DNA of 64,000 nt, from contig CM022672.1 in the NCBI GenBank assembly GCA_012295275.1, positions 34,038,001 through 34,102,000 on the forward strand, given 5' to 3'. A model generated the notes under the pieces. The model saw only the letters and a program-made list of their open reading frames with translations, was not told the origin of the DNA and made no database searches. The position numbers and the translations under genes were made by a program. Positions within the stretch are counted from its first letter, which is position 1; each line of letters opens with the position of its first letter. The stretch comes from Chrysomallon squamiferum (taxonomy: Eukaryota; Animalia; Mollusca). This document shows positions 51,540 to 64,000 of this stretch, in pieces.

Positions 51540-53370
51540 CTCTAATGCAGGTAGAACGCTATAAAGGGAACATATAAAGATTGCCAGTGATTGCTCTTTT
51601 TTCGAAATCACAATTTTCTTTTTGAGGGCAACTAACTCGTCTGTTGAAGTTAGAATATTTTCATCTTTGCCTTACAATATTCGCAACTAAGGTATTCACA
51701 GAATTTCTCCTGCTTTTCCTGGTGAAAAAATGGTAGTAATTCCTTGTGCAGTTCGTGAACACGATTTAGTACTTTGTCTTTCGACAGCCAGCGAACCTCA
51801 GTGTGCATTAATAACTTAACATGCTGAGTCCATCTGTTTGCACAAATAACCGTGACTTCAATGGCCAACTTTTTATATAATTGACCATTCCAACAACTTG
51901 AAGTAACACAACCTTTAAATCTTCCTGCGATATTTTTGAAACAAGAACAAATCTATGTAGAAAGCAGTGAGTACGAATGAGATTTGGATCTGCTGGTTCT
52001 ACCAAGGATACAAATCCTTTAATACAGCCTGTCATGCATGGGGCTCCATCGGTGCAAATGCCAACACAGGACTTCCAAGACAAATTCATTTCTTTGAGGT
52101 AGCGTGTTATCAAATCAAAAATATCTTGACCTCTTGCAGATATGGACATTTCTTTACAGCACAAAAACTGATTGATTATTTAATTCACGTCAATAAAAGA
52201 TACAAATGCAAGCCATTGACTTTTATTTCTGATGTCAGTGGATTCATCCACGGTTAAAGCAAAATTAGAATTCTTTAGCTTTTTCTGAACATTGTCTTCA
52301 ATATTTTTTGATCTAGGATTCTTCTACATAATGTATCATTTGAAAGCGGGATATTGTTCAGTTTCTTCTCAGCCTTTTCACCAAACATGGATTTTACCAT
52401 CTTTTTGCAAGCTGGGTGACTGACTCACAAGTGTGTGTGATTCAGCTTTTAATGCTATTATTTCAGCCACCTGAACTGACTCTAGTTGGGCTCGTTCAGA
52501 CACGGTCATTACATTTTCAAACAACTTCGCTGTTTTTATTTCTGCTCTAACAGCCTTTGAAAGTAATCACGCTTTTTATCTTTCAGAGATGAATATTTTG
52601 AATTAAAATGCCTTTCTAACTTACTTGCTACCATGGATTCATTTGACATTGTTTCACCACTCACTACGCATGATGGACTTGATTTGTCAACATCACCAGA
52701 CCAATAAAATCCAAATTTCAAATATATTTCACAATATTGTCGATTAATGTTTCTCTTTTTGACAACAGAGGTTGATGGTTGTTGACCTCTGGACTTAGAC
52801 TCGTCACTAATATCTTTCCTTTTCAAATATTTATCCATTGTGAAGAGTCATGAAATAATCAGTATGACAGTTTTGGGTAGGGTTGTCTATATTGAGCTGA
52901 CAGTGTCTTTCTGTCCCACAAAGCCTTCTCTTTCATGTACAAACACAGCAAAACAATAAAAAAATATATCTTCCTACTTAAAATTGATGTTTTATGACAC
53001 CATGTCTAGTTGGAAATCACCACTTTTCAATGTATTACACACAAAAGTAGTCAATGTATGAGCTGTCACAACATATCGTAAATCCGCCATTTTTGCTATG
53101 TTCCACACACCTGTAGACAGCTGCACACCTCTACTATACTCTCATTAGTATAACATGATGAAACACTGGAACTGTCCGGTGTAAAAAGCCAGAAAATCAA
53201 ACCATTTTGAACAAGCAAATGCACATAGAGCCTACTTTTCGTCTACACTCGGCGATTCATAATGTAAACATTTTACACCACAGACTGTGAATACTCAATT
53301 GGGATCATGTTATTTTTCGCATTTTCTTATTGTGCCGTTCAAAATTTCGCGGCACACAGGTTGAGAATTT
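51540..53370 (-). mobile_element. Decayed hAT (Buster/Charlie; ZBED5/ZBED8/SCAND3/FAM200-like) DNA transposon
   Basis: Frameshifted transposase pieces: MDKYLKRK...RQYCEIYLKFGF...CVV.GETMSNESM..SKLERH (BED region, 52536-52838), ICTDGAPCMTG..KGFVSLV..THCFLHR (51808-52164) and LLMHTEVRWLSKDKVLNRV (51650-51868). A Charlie-like end sequence TTCTCAACCTGTGTGCCGCG lies at about 53367-53348. Confidence 0.9.
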
Positions 53371-53398
53371 ATCTATTCTGATAAAGTACTGAAAGCAA

Positions 53399-53463
<65 letters not shown>

Positions 53464-55934
53464 TAATAATAATAGTAATAATAACAATTTATTTATTTAT
53501 TTATTATATATAATATTCATATAAGTAAGTTCAAGGGTACTTTATACTGTAAACTAATAAAGACACGTAATGGTGAACATTTTGAAATGGTGGTAAAAAT
53601 AAATGAGTCACATTTAAAAATTGTGTAAGATAATTCATAGACTTGCTTGAACATTTTAAACTGGAAATAAAACATAACTAAATATCAACAAAGTGGATTT
53701 GAAAGAAATAGTGTTATGAATGTTGTTGTTGTTTCAGTCGCCCTGATGTTACTTAGGACTGAGTTCGACAAAGTCGGTGCAACATAACTGAAAAATCTCT
53801 GGCCGTATACACTTGTTCTTATACTTGGTGTTACTAATCTTAGTGAATTCTGTGACCGTAGATTCCTACAATCCTGTGTGTCATGTTGTGATACCGTTAT
53901 GAAAAATAGTCAAAGATTTCATATAATGATGTGATATGGTTATGTTTTAGTTAAGAATCATTATTTTTTTTTTTCTATTTCAGTATTAAATCCATTAATG
54001 TTTCACATAAAAGTTCTAAAGTTCCATGATATTCAAGCATTTCTGGAGGTTTTTTTAGCAGATAATTTTCAAATTAAACATTCCATAGTTAATAATCTAC
54101 AGACGTTATTTTGAAATAAAAAATCTCGTAAAATGGTTTAACAGAATATTTTAACCACAAGCGTGTATGAATATGTGTTACAAAACTCACATTTGTCTAG
54201 TAACACTTTTATACTTGATGTAGATTCTTCATGATTTTAGTAACAAGTGATCACGTAAACTGATTTAGCAGAATATTTTGGTCAGAAAATATTGACCCGA
54301 GTCAAAATATAGATATAGATATATGGTGATAATTTGTTTCTTTTTGAAATTATCACACTGATCAGTTGCAGTAATCATAATGATTAGCACTAATAATCAG
54401 ACTGATCAGCATAACTAATGACACTGATCAGTTGTAGTAACCACTGGATCATGTTTGTGATGTTTTCACATGGAGTATTCATATCTTCTATTTCAATAAT
54501 ATGTGTGGGTTTGTGTGTGTCTGTGTGTATAGGTGTGTGTGTGTGTGTAAATGTGGGTTATGTGTGTTTGAATATATGTGTATATATATATATGTGTGTA
54601 TGTGTGTTTATGTATGTTTGCTATACGCGTGTGTATGTGTGTATGTGTGCGTGTGTATGTGTGTGTGTACATGTGGGTGTATGTGTGTTTGTGTGTATGT
54701 GTGTGTGTATGTGTGCGTGTGTATTACTGTTATAAGTATTTTTATCTCAACGTTGTCTACTACTACGTCTACAACTAATTAACTGCTGCTACGCTTCTTC
54801 TTTTTCTGCTACTACTAGTACGACTACTACTACTGCTACTACTACTACAGCTACTAGTACTGTGATTACAACTACTAATATTACTATTAGTTGCTACTGT
54901 TATATTACCTTGTTCGTAAGAAAGAAATGTTTGAACAACTTGCTCTGGTGTATATCATAATATCACCTCACATACTCTCATCACTATATTAATTTTTTTT
55001 TTTATTATGTTTTTGTTTCTTTCCTCAGATCTGCTAAATTATTTATTATTTATTGCACGGATGATTTCTGTCCAGAGCAAGTTGTACAAATATTTCTGTC
55101 TTATGTATATATATATATATATATATATATACATGAGAGTAAGTCGACGGCCTTTGAGTGTAATCAGTGTCACAAATGTCAAAGCGAATGCGGCGCCATA
55201 TTCGTATTTTGCCGCAGTCCAGTCGTGAATAATAATTAATGTGAAGAATTTGTCAACACAAATCGCTGGATTCATGGAAGCAGTATATCAGTGTAACATG
55301 GTTTTGACTAACACAGGAAGACACATACACACATACACACATACACACACAAACACATAAGACACAGACACAAAACACACACAAAACATACACAACATAC
55401 ACACAGACACAAACACACATAAAAGCACACGCACACATACCTAAACACAACACAAAACAAACACATACACTAACACACACTGAAACATATACACAAAAAC
55501 ACACTCACGTACACAAACACATACAAAAAAAACACTCATACCCACTCCTCGAAAAGAGTTAGTCCATACCATTCTAAAGATTTTAACTTATTTTATTTTT
55601 CCTTGTATCGTAATTAAAAGTTCTCCTCTATGTTATGTAGATCCTATTTTAATACGAATAGTGTGGGTTTAAAGCAAGAAATTCAAGTACCTAATATACA
55701 CGTTGGCAGAATGCCATGTCATACAATAGATATTTACACATAAGGCAAATATGATTAAATTACACCCGACTTGATATAATGCCAAAATATATACCACAGA
55801 CATATTAAGATTATTACTTCTCAGTTACCCGTCAGATAGTTACGGAGCAGCACATCAAGAGGGTTAAAAATTAAATTGATTTCGAAAAAGAGATTAATTG
55901 TGTCCGGTATTCTATTCTGTATTAATAATCGTCT

Positions 55935-56861
55935 ATGAAAAAGAAAAAAAAAATGAATAGAATAAAAAAGCAGCAAGCTATTATAAGAAATATGATCAGA
56001 AAACTGGGAGATGTTCCAGACGTAAAAGTCAAACGTCTGAAGGAGAACGAGACAGACAAGTACAACGTGGTCGCCAAACTCAAACGAAGAAAAATCAAAA
56101 CCCGTAGTTTGTCTGTTAAAGACGCGAAGAGTGAACGTTTTGAAGAGGCTGGACTCGGTAACCTGACTGAGAATGAGACAGAAGTGTACAAAATGGACGC
56201 CACACCCAAAGGAATTTGTGTGATCATCAACAACCGAGATTTTACTGATGAAGGACTAAGTCGACGCGATGGCACAGACGAAGATAAAAACAAAGTGGAA
56301 GACTTTTTCAGACGACGTCATTTTGAAGTGAGAATCTTTGAAAACCAGACGGATTCGGATATGCTGGAAGAACTAAAACGAATATCTTTGCTGGATCATA
56401 GTAGCTACGACTGTTTCGTCTGCTTCATACTTTCACATGGAGAGAACTGGTCAGTGTATGGAAGTAATGGCAAGCTTGTGTCAGTAGAGGAAATAGAAAC
56501 ATTTTTCTACACTAGACAATGTCGCTCTTTAGCCAACAAACCGAAAGTATTTTTCGTTCAAGCATCTCAAGGAGGACGACCGCAGGAAAGCGGATACTGC
56601 TGTGACGTCAGAGCAGAATATCCTGTTCACGAGTCGGAGGACTTTCTGACGGTTTTGGCTACGACTCCTGGAAACTTCGCCTACAGACAGACGACAGGAT
56701 CTCGTTTTATTTCTACACTGATTAAAGAACTCGACAACAATCCTCGAGTCAGTCTTCTTGATATCATGACCATGGTCGCAAAGAAAATGGACAAAATTAA
56801 TGATCCGAAACAAATTCCCATATTCAGGTCGACTCTCCGGAAACAAACTGTTTTAAACTAG
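55935..56861 (+). CDS. Intronless caspase-8-like protein, catalytic Cys replaced by Ser (QASQG); predicted inactive; basic N-terminus, no DED
   Basis: 308-aa intact ORF: PKGICVIINN, RRDGT, DCFVCFILSHG, CRSLANKPKVFFVQASQG, DFL..LATTPGNFAYR, KQIP..RSTLRK. Caspase-8 reads DCFICCILSHG, CPSLAGKPKVFFIQACQG and TLRKKL at these positions. Confidence 0.9.
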   Translation: MKKKKKMNRIKKQQAIIRNMIRKLGDVPDVKVKRLKENETDKYNVVAKLKRRKIKTRSLSVKDAKSERFEEAGLGNLTENETEVYKMDATPKGICVIINNRDFTDEGLSRRDGTDEDKNKVEDFFRRRHFEVRIFENQTDSDMLEELKRISLLDHSSYDCFVCFILSHGENWSVYGSNGKLVSVEEIETFFYTRQCRSLANKPKVFFVQASQGGRPQESGYCCDVRAEYPVHESEDFLTVLATTPGNFAYRQTTGSRFISTLIKELDNNPRVSLLDIMTMVAKKMDKINDPKQIPIFRSTLRKQTVLN

Positions 56862-57681
56862 ATTTTCGTTTGAAAATAAGTTACGTTTTCATAAACATGT
56901 TTTCAAGAAAAAAAGAAAAAGAAAAAAAGAAAAGAACTGTTTTCCGAAAAGAGACCAGAATATGTTTGTTTACATATAGTGAGGGATTGATTTAGCTTAA
57001 ATTGTTTTCTTTGATTATTCTAAAACAATGTATAACAGTGTGACAGTGTGGATCTACATAACATAGAAGCGTATTTTAGTTACCAGTTGAAACTTCGTTT
57101 ATGTTCATGTTAATAATTTATTTGTTTTCTTTTAATATACATTTTTTTTGAAAATAATACTTTGGTTAGGTGTTTGCCTGTGTACCTGTGTGTTTTTATA
57201 TTTTGTGCAGGATAGGTTGAGTAACGAAAGAACAATTTTATTAATTTTTATTTCTATGCATTTACGAAACAGACACAAACATAAACACAGATACACACAC
57301 ATCTTATCTAACTGTACAGAAGAAAAGAAAGTCTAAGCAGGTAGCGCATCTAAAAGTACAGAAGTAAATGTATTTGAAGATTTACAAAAACTTTATTTCT
57401 GTATACTCTATCATAATTATATTCTTAGCGTAATCGTAAAGTAATCAGTTATTTTGCAATGTAATCTTATGTAAGATATAGATAATTGTCGTTAAATGCA
57501 GCTTACACATCCAGTCTTTCTCTCTCTCCTTCTCCCTCTCTCTCTCTTTCTTATCCTCTCTCTCTCTCTCTCTCTCATCCTCTCTCTGTCTCTCTCTCTC
57601 TCGTCCTCTCTCTATCTCTATCACTCTCTCTCTCTGTCTCTCCCTCTCTCTCGCTCTCTCTCTCTCCCTCTCTCTCTCCCT

Positions 57682-57714
<33 letters not shown>

Positions 57715-57857
57715 TATATATATATATATCTCTGTCTGTATGTATGCACAAACATACAAACATATCATGCATATAAATTGGTTTTGTGTATCTAAATGAA
57801 AAGATATGTATACATACATACATACACACATACATACATATATACACACATACATAA

Positions 57858-57894
<37 letters not shown>

Positions 57895-57900
57895 CACACA

Positions 57901-58134
57901 CATGAGTCGGCGGACTTTCTGATGGTGTTCGCTACGACTCCTGGAAACCTCGCCTACAGACAGACGACAGGATCTCGTTTTATTTCTACACTGATTGAAG
58001 TACTCGACAACAATCCTCGGGTCAGTCTTCTCGATATCATCACCATGGTGACAAACGAAATGAATGAAGTTACTGATGGAAAACAAATTCCTATACAGAC
58101 GTCCACTCTCAGAAAAAAATTTAAATTAAACTAG
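57901..58134 (+). pseudogene. Caspase p10 fragment fused to a (CA/TA)n tract
   Basis: HESADFLMVFATTPGNLAYRQTTGSRFISTL...TSTLRKKFKLN*; nearly identical to 62808-63041. Confidence 0.88.
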
Positions 58135-59386
58135 ATATTTCTTTTTCAGCCGAAATTCTGAAAATGTGATTCACTTCAAAATAACTAAGTTACTTTTACA
58201 TAAACATATTTGCAAAAAAGGAAGAAGAAGAAGAAGAATAAAAAAAAGGGAAACACAAAATGTTTGTCGTCTTCGATTATATCAGTAAACTGTATAAAAC
58301 GAAAACTGTATCAATGTGGATTTACAGAATATAGAACTGTATTTTACTTACGAGCTGAAATTTCGTGTGGTGTTGAAATTAAAAACAAAACAATACAAAC
58401 ATTTACGATAATTACTAACATATTCCATGAACTGGAAGGAGTGATGAACAAACAAACGTTTTTATTTTATTTTATTTTATTTTCTTCATTTATATATATA
58501 ACGTATTATCAGTACAGGTAAATATTAAAACATCTGAATTAGACAATTTGTAAAAATATGATAGTAATAGTTAAATATAATGATTTTACAATGTATATAT
58601 GTATATATATATATATCTATATATGGAATAACTGGTTACGATCTTAAGGTATCCACTTTATCTTGAGAAATTTTCGCATCTTTTCCCACCTGCGAAGCTG
58701 TGAATGGCCCGATACAACGAGGCTCGGTGTAAATTCTAATTTGATAGAAAAAGAAACTATTTGGTAATGAAGTAGTTGAATACTGATAATTTTAATAATC
58801 CATGAAAATCTTTATCACTGGGTTCAGTAGAAAACACGTCTGTGTAACGAACACAGATTTTTGTTTGTCTAAACATTTTATTTTCTCTCTTTGCCATAAG
58901 GCATATCGCTCAAAACAACAAAATAATAACTAAGAAATATACATTTTAGTAGTGAAAACAACCTCTTATTCCATATATGTCTGTGTGTCTGTGTGTGTGC
59001 TCGCGCGTATTTTGTATTATTAATTTGATGTTGTAAAAATTATAATTTCTTAGACTTTTCTTTAACTATGCGTACACACAAAACACATGCACACACACAC
59101 GCACAAGTATATAATGTTTACTAACGTCCATCTTTGTAACAACTTAAGAAAAAAAGAAATAAATAAATTCAAACAATTTCCTTTACTTACTTTTCTCGTG
59201 TGTATGTGTGTTTGTGCGCGTGTCTTGGTGGATTTGGTGCTTGATAGGTTGAGTAACGGACACACAAAATACTGTTCTATTTCTACATACTCTGTAGTCG
59301 TAAAGTAATCTATTATTTTGTAATATAGTCTTTATGTAAGAGGTAGATAATTATGTTTGCTGTCTTTAAATGCAACTGATACGTCC

Positions 59387-59495
<109 letters not shown>

Positions 59496-60195
59496 ACATA
59501 CACATATACACACACACTTATACATACACACACATATATATATATACTTACATACAAATATACATATACATAAACATATTAATGTAAATACTTATACTCA
59601 TGTATATAGGTTTGTTTTGTGCGTGAGAATCTGAATGTAAAGAAATATGTATAAACGGCCTAGGCAGGGTTAGATTCTGACGCCCCCAAGTAAATTTCAG
59701 TTTCACAATTTATAAATAACATTTATTTTTACATCCTATGCCATCTGCAGACGCAAATGTTTCTGTGACGGGGATCTAAATATCCCACACAGGCCATTTA
59801 TTTCTTTGTTTATATCATTAAAATAAGGAGTTATCTCCCTCAGTTTGGATTCCATGGCAAACTGAAAATTTCATGATTCTACGGAAAAACTCGAGGCCTA
59901 TAAAAACATATGATCATAATTACGTCCTGAGAGTTTCGAGTAGACGCGGTTTTCACTCACTCATTTTGCTAGTTCCGGTCAGACAGAATCTACCCGATTA
60001 TTTGTCCCTGTATGGAATAAACCAGGATAAAAAAAAAATAAAAAAATAAAAAAATAAATAAATACGACACTCATAAATCTGAAATTTATTTATTTAAATT
60101 TCAAAATTGTTCTTCTAATTATTATCATTTAGTTTTAATTTTACTAATCCTGCACTTACAGCTTTCTAGGAATCTCGACTTGAAATCCTTTGCTC

Positions 60196-60285
<90 letters not shown>

Positions 60286-60820
60286 TATTATTTTTTTTTA
60301 TTTTTATTATATTCACTTTAATATATTTGTGTATATCAAGCGTAAGAAATGTTACATTGATACATATATCTGGTTACACGTCTATGTCACAGTGACAAAG
60401 ACAGTGCAGTTATTTTTCTTAAATACCGAAATACCGCGGCTTTGTTTACTTGTTAGTCACGTCAGCAACACAGTCACGCGCTCATTTGATATCATCTACA
60501 TTATTGTCATTATTCTCAGAGTTGGTAGATCCTTCACAGATCGCTCAGTGTATGACAGCAGTGTATCAACAAACCATCGTTTGTATACACTAACATACGC
60601 ACGCACTGCTTTGATATTATGTTTGTTATTGTAATTATTCACAGAGTTGATAGATCCTTCATAGATCGTTCAGTGTATGACAGCAGTGTATCAGTGAACC
60701 CTGCTTTACGGTTCACGTACACTAACACACGCACACACGACGCTGACGTCAGACTTATTTGGCGGCTTTGGCAAGGTTAGATTCTGGCTCACCGAAGATT
60801 TAACATTTATAATCAATAAA

Positions 60821-60858
<38 letters not shown>

Positions 60859-61980
60859 GAAACAACCTATGGTACTTTTTATAAAACAAAAACACATATA
60901 TCCCTCTTCATATTATTATATTTGAACTATTAATACAGGAATAAATAAACTTAAAGATAGGCATCTGTGATGAACTAACAACATTATAGACAGTTGAACA
61001 GACACTCAATACTAATATATCTGAAACGAAATCTTGCTGAAGGAAGTCTGAGAAAGATCCTCAAAGCAATAGCAACATTAAGTAAATTATCGAAAAGATT
61101 TTATTGGAAAATAAGTACTACTTTGGATTTATTGAAAATAACTACTTTTTTGGTGGCATAGACTTTGGTAGTCTTCGAGGTATGGCTAAACGTTCACAGC
61201 ATAGATCCTGAGCGTCAGTATCTTTGTACATCCGTTTTTTTGGTCTCCAAATTCTTGCAGCCCTTAAGTATATATAAATGTCTCATCGGTAGATTTATGA
61301 TTTACGTTAAAATAAGGAGTTAGCTACCTCAGTTTGGTTTCCGCGGCAAACTGAAGGTTTCGTATACGCGTGATTCTACGAAAAAACTCGTGGCCATAAA
61401 ACACGTGAACACAATTATGTGCTGAAAGTTTCGTGTAGGCGCGATTTTCACTCACTCATTTTGCTTATTCAGGTCAACAGAATCTACCCGATTATTTGAC
61501 CCTGTATGGAATAAACTAAGATAAAAACCCAACTTAAAAAAAGACCCTGAAATTAATTTATTTATTTTTCAAAACGGCTGTTATTTGTAGAAATGCACTC
61601 CCTCCTGAAATCAGTGTCGTTAGCGGCTGCCTACACACACACACGAGTCCTCACACAGCGCTTGTATATACCATTTTCTGTTTCCTTATATCGTATTTGT
61701 AGATCATATTGTATTGTCTATTTGCATGTCTGAGTTACAGTTAAATTACACCCAAGCTGATATAATGCCAAAATATATACGACAAACATATTAAGATTCT
61801 TACTTAATAGTATAACTGCCAGATAATTACTGATCAGCACTTCGAGAAGAATTCATAAAAAATCAGACTTCGAAAAGCATATTAATTGTTTCAGTATTCT
61901 TTTCTATATTAATAATCGTTTATTAAAAAAAAAATAATAAAACAAAAAAATTAAAATAAAATAAAATAAAAATCAACACA

Positions 61981-62298
61981 AGAAGAGGAAACTCGTGTAA
62001 GAGATACAATAGGATCTCCTTTCAAGATGAATTATGTTACAGAACTGTCTTCATGGATAATTTCGTGAGAGAAGTTTTAGTTTTGCAAAACGATTTATTT
62101 CTATGTTAGAGTTCCAGCTGGTTGCTCGCTGTTTTGTATCACGGTCTCACAAATGACAAGAAGGCGACTTTTCTACAAACACATGAAGTAACTTTCATCA
62201 GTTTTATACTCATCTGTGATGAATTGCTGAATCAGCGAGCTACATCCATTTATCTATATCCTGTAATATTATCGCATGAAACTTTTTCTAAACATTAA
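61981..62298 (+). pseudogene. Decayed copy of the hydrophobic N-terminal domain
   Basis: 62053-62298 reads MDNFVREVLVLQNDLFLC*SSSWLLAVLYHGLTNDKKATFL...ICDELLNQRATSIYLYPVILSHETF. This aligns with YWMLVVSYHLLTNNKIATFL...NCEELQKQRATPVYSYPVALSHETV of the 31843 ORF. Confidence 0.8.
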
Positions 62299-62342
62299 AA
62301 TGGAAAGGGGTAGAAGAAGAAGATTCGTTAACCTGACTGAGA

Positions 62343-63041
62343 ATGAGACAGACGTGTACAAAATGGACGCCACACCCAGGAATTTGTGTGATCATCAACA
62401 ACCGAGATTTTACTGATGAACGACTAAGTCGACGCGATGGCACAGACGAAGATAAAAACAAAGTGGAAGATTTTTTCAGACGACGTCATTTTGAAGTGAG
62501 AATCTTTGAAAACCAGACCGATTCGGATATGCTGGAAGAACTAAAACGAATATCTTCTCTGGATCATCAAAACTACGACTGTTTCGTCTGCTTCATATTT
62601 TCACATGGAGAGCACAGGTCAGTGTATGGAAGTAATGGCAAGCTTGTGTACGTAGAGGAAATAGAAACTTTTTTCTGCGCTAGACAATGTCGCTCTTTAG
62701 CCAACAAACCAAAACTATTTTTCGTTCAAGCTTGCCAGGGAAGTCGACCGGCGCAAGCCGTTGCTGTGCAAACAGATAACGGATACAACAGAGTACGACG
62801 CCTGGTGCATGAGTCGGCGGACTTTCTGACAGTTTTCGCTACGACTCCTGGAAACCTCGCCTACAGACAGACGACAGGATCTCGTTTTATTTCTACACTG
62901 ATTGAAGTACTCGACAACAATCCTCGGGTCAGTCTTCTCGATATCATCACCATGGTGACAAACGAAATGAATGAAGTTACTGATGGAAAACAAATTCCTA
63001 TACAGACGTCCACTCTCAGAAAAAAAATTAAATTAAACTAG
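62343..63041 (+). CDS. Intronless caspase-8-like catalytic domain with intact His/Cys dyad (SHG, QACQG); 2-nt frameshift at about 62378
   Basis: FSHG, KPKLFFVQACQG, linker VQTD, AYR. CCCAGGA here versus CCCAAAGGA in the paralog disconnects the in-register start ATG at 62300 (MERGRRRRFVNLTENETDVYKMDATP). Confidence 0.85.
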   Translation: MRQTCTKWTPHPGICVIINNRDFTDERLSRRDGTDEDKNKVEDFFRRRHFEVRIFENQTDSDMLEELKRISSLDHQNYDCFVCFIFSHGEHRSVYGSNGKLVYVEEIETFFCARQCRSLANKPKLFFVQACQGSRPAQAVAVQTDNGYNRVRRLVHESADFLTVFATTPGNLAYRQTTGSRFISTLIEVLDNNPRVSLLDIITMVTNEMNEVTDGKQIPIQTSTLRKKIKLN

Positions 63042-64000
63042 ATATTTCTTTTTCAGCCGAAATTCTGAAAATGTGATTCACTTCAAAATAACTAAGTTAC
63101 TTTTACATAAACATATTTGCAAAAAAGGAAGAAGAAGAAGAAGAATAAAAAAAAGGGAAACACAAAATGTTTGTCGTCTTCGATTATATCAGTAAACTGT
63201 ATAAAACGAAAACTGTATCAATGTGGATTTACAGAATATAGAACTGTATTTTACTTACGAGCTGAAATTTCGTGTGGTGTTGAAATTAAAAACAAAACAA
63301 TACAAACATTTACGATAATTACTAACATATTCCATGAACTGGAAGGAGTGATGAACAAACAAACGTTTTTATTTTATTTTATTTTATTTTCTTCATTTAT
63401 ATATATAACGTATTATCAGTACAGGTAAATATTAAAACATCTGAATTAGACAATTTGTAAAAATATGATAGTAATAGTTAAATATAATGATTTTACAATG
63501 TATATATGTATATATATATATATCTATATATGGAATAACTGGTTACGATCTTAAGGTATCCACTTTATCTTGAGAAATTTTCGCATCTTTTCCCACCTGC
63601 GAAGCTGTGAATGGCCCGATACAACGAGGCTCGGTGTAAATTCTAATTTGATAGAAAAAGAAACTATTTGGTAATGAAGTAGTTGAATACTGATAATTTT
63701 AATAATCCATGAAAATCTTTATCACTGGGTTCAGTAGAAAACACGTCTGTGTAACGAACACAGATTTTTGTTTGTCTAAACATTTTATTTTCTCTCTTTG
63801 CCATAAGGCATATCGCTCAAAACAACAAAATAATAACTAAGAAATATACATTTTAGTAGTGAAAACAACCTCTTATTCCATATATGTCTGTGTGTCTGTG
63901 TGTGTGCTCGCGCGTATTTTGTATTATTAATTTGATGTTGTAAAAATTATAATTTCTTAGACTTTTCTTTAACTATGCGTACACACAAAACACATGCACA

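Noticed and set aside
55922-56846. Minus-strand ORFs over caspase copies (also 32747, 32949, 50051, 50058, 57445, 62715)
   Set aside because: They are antisense shadows of caspase coding sequence and recur only because the DNA is duplicated.
58210-58521. Identical 103-aa ORFs at 58210 and 63117
   Set aside because: TTG start, low-complexity 3' flank; the identity is explained by the recent 4907-bp-offset duplication.

Overview
AT-rich, microsatellite-dense animal genomic DNA with spliceosomal introns and one assembly gap at 19365-19563. A mollusc/cephalopod-like origin is my inference only. Left third: two tandem minus-strand paralogs of a type I receptor, built as signal peptide + F-type (fucolectin/FTP) lectin domain + phase-1 eight-Cys EGF-like exons. 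Copy B also has a TM helix and a tail with YxN and ITAM/ITIM-like tyrosine motifs (MEGF10/Draper/CED-1-like). Next come the first three coding exons of flotillin-1. From about 31 kb to the end lies a cluster of intronless caspase-8-like sequences without DEDs, shaped by tandem and inverted duplication. It contains: an intact ORF whose catalytic Cys is replaced by Ser (QASQG, 55935-56861); a QACQG copy with an N-terminal frameshift (62300/62343-63041); a 318-aa ORF in which a hydrophobic, probably multi-pass domain leads into the caspase linker but the catalytic core is deleted (31843-32799); and several fragments. Also present: a 51-bp satellite of about 3 kb, a decayed Buster/Charlie hAT transposase, a tRNA-derived SINE and a hairpin MITE-like element. 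Best candidate for an undescribed system: the caspase-8-like family with DEDs replaced by a novel hydrophobic domain, plus a Cys-to-Ser decoy paralog.
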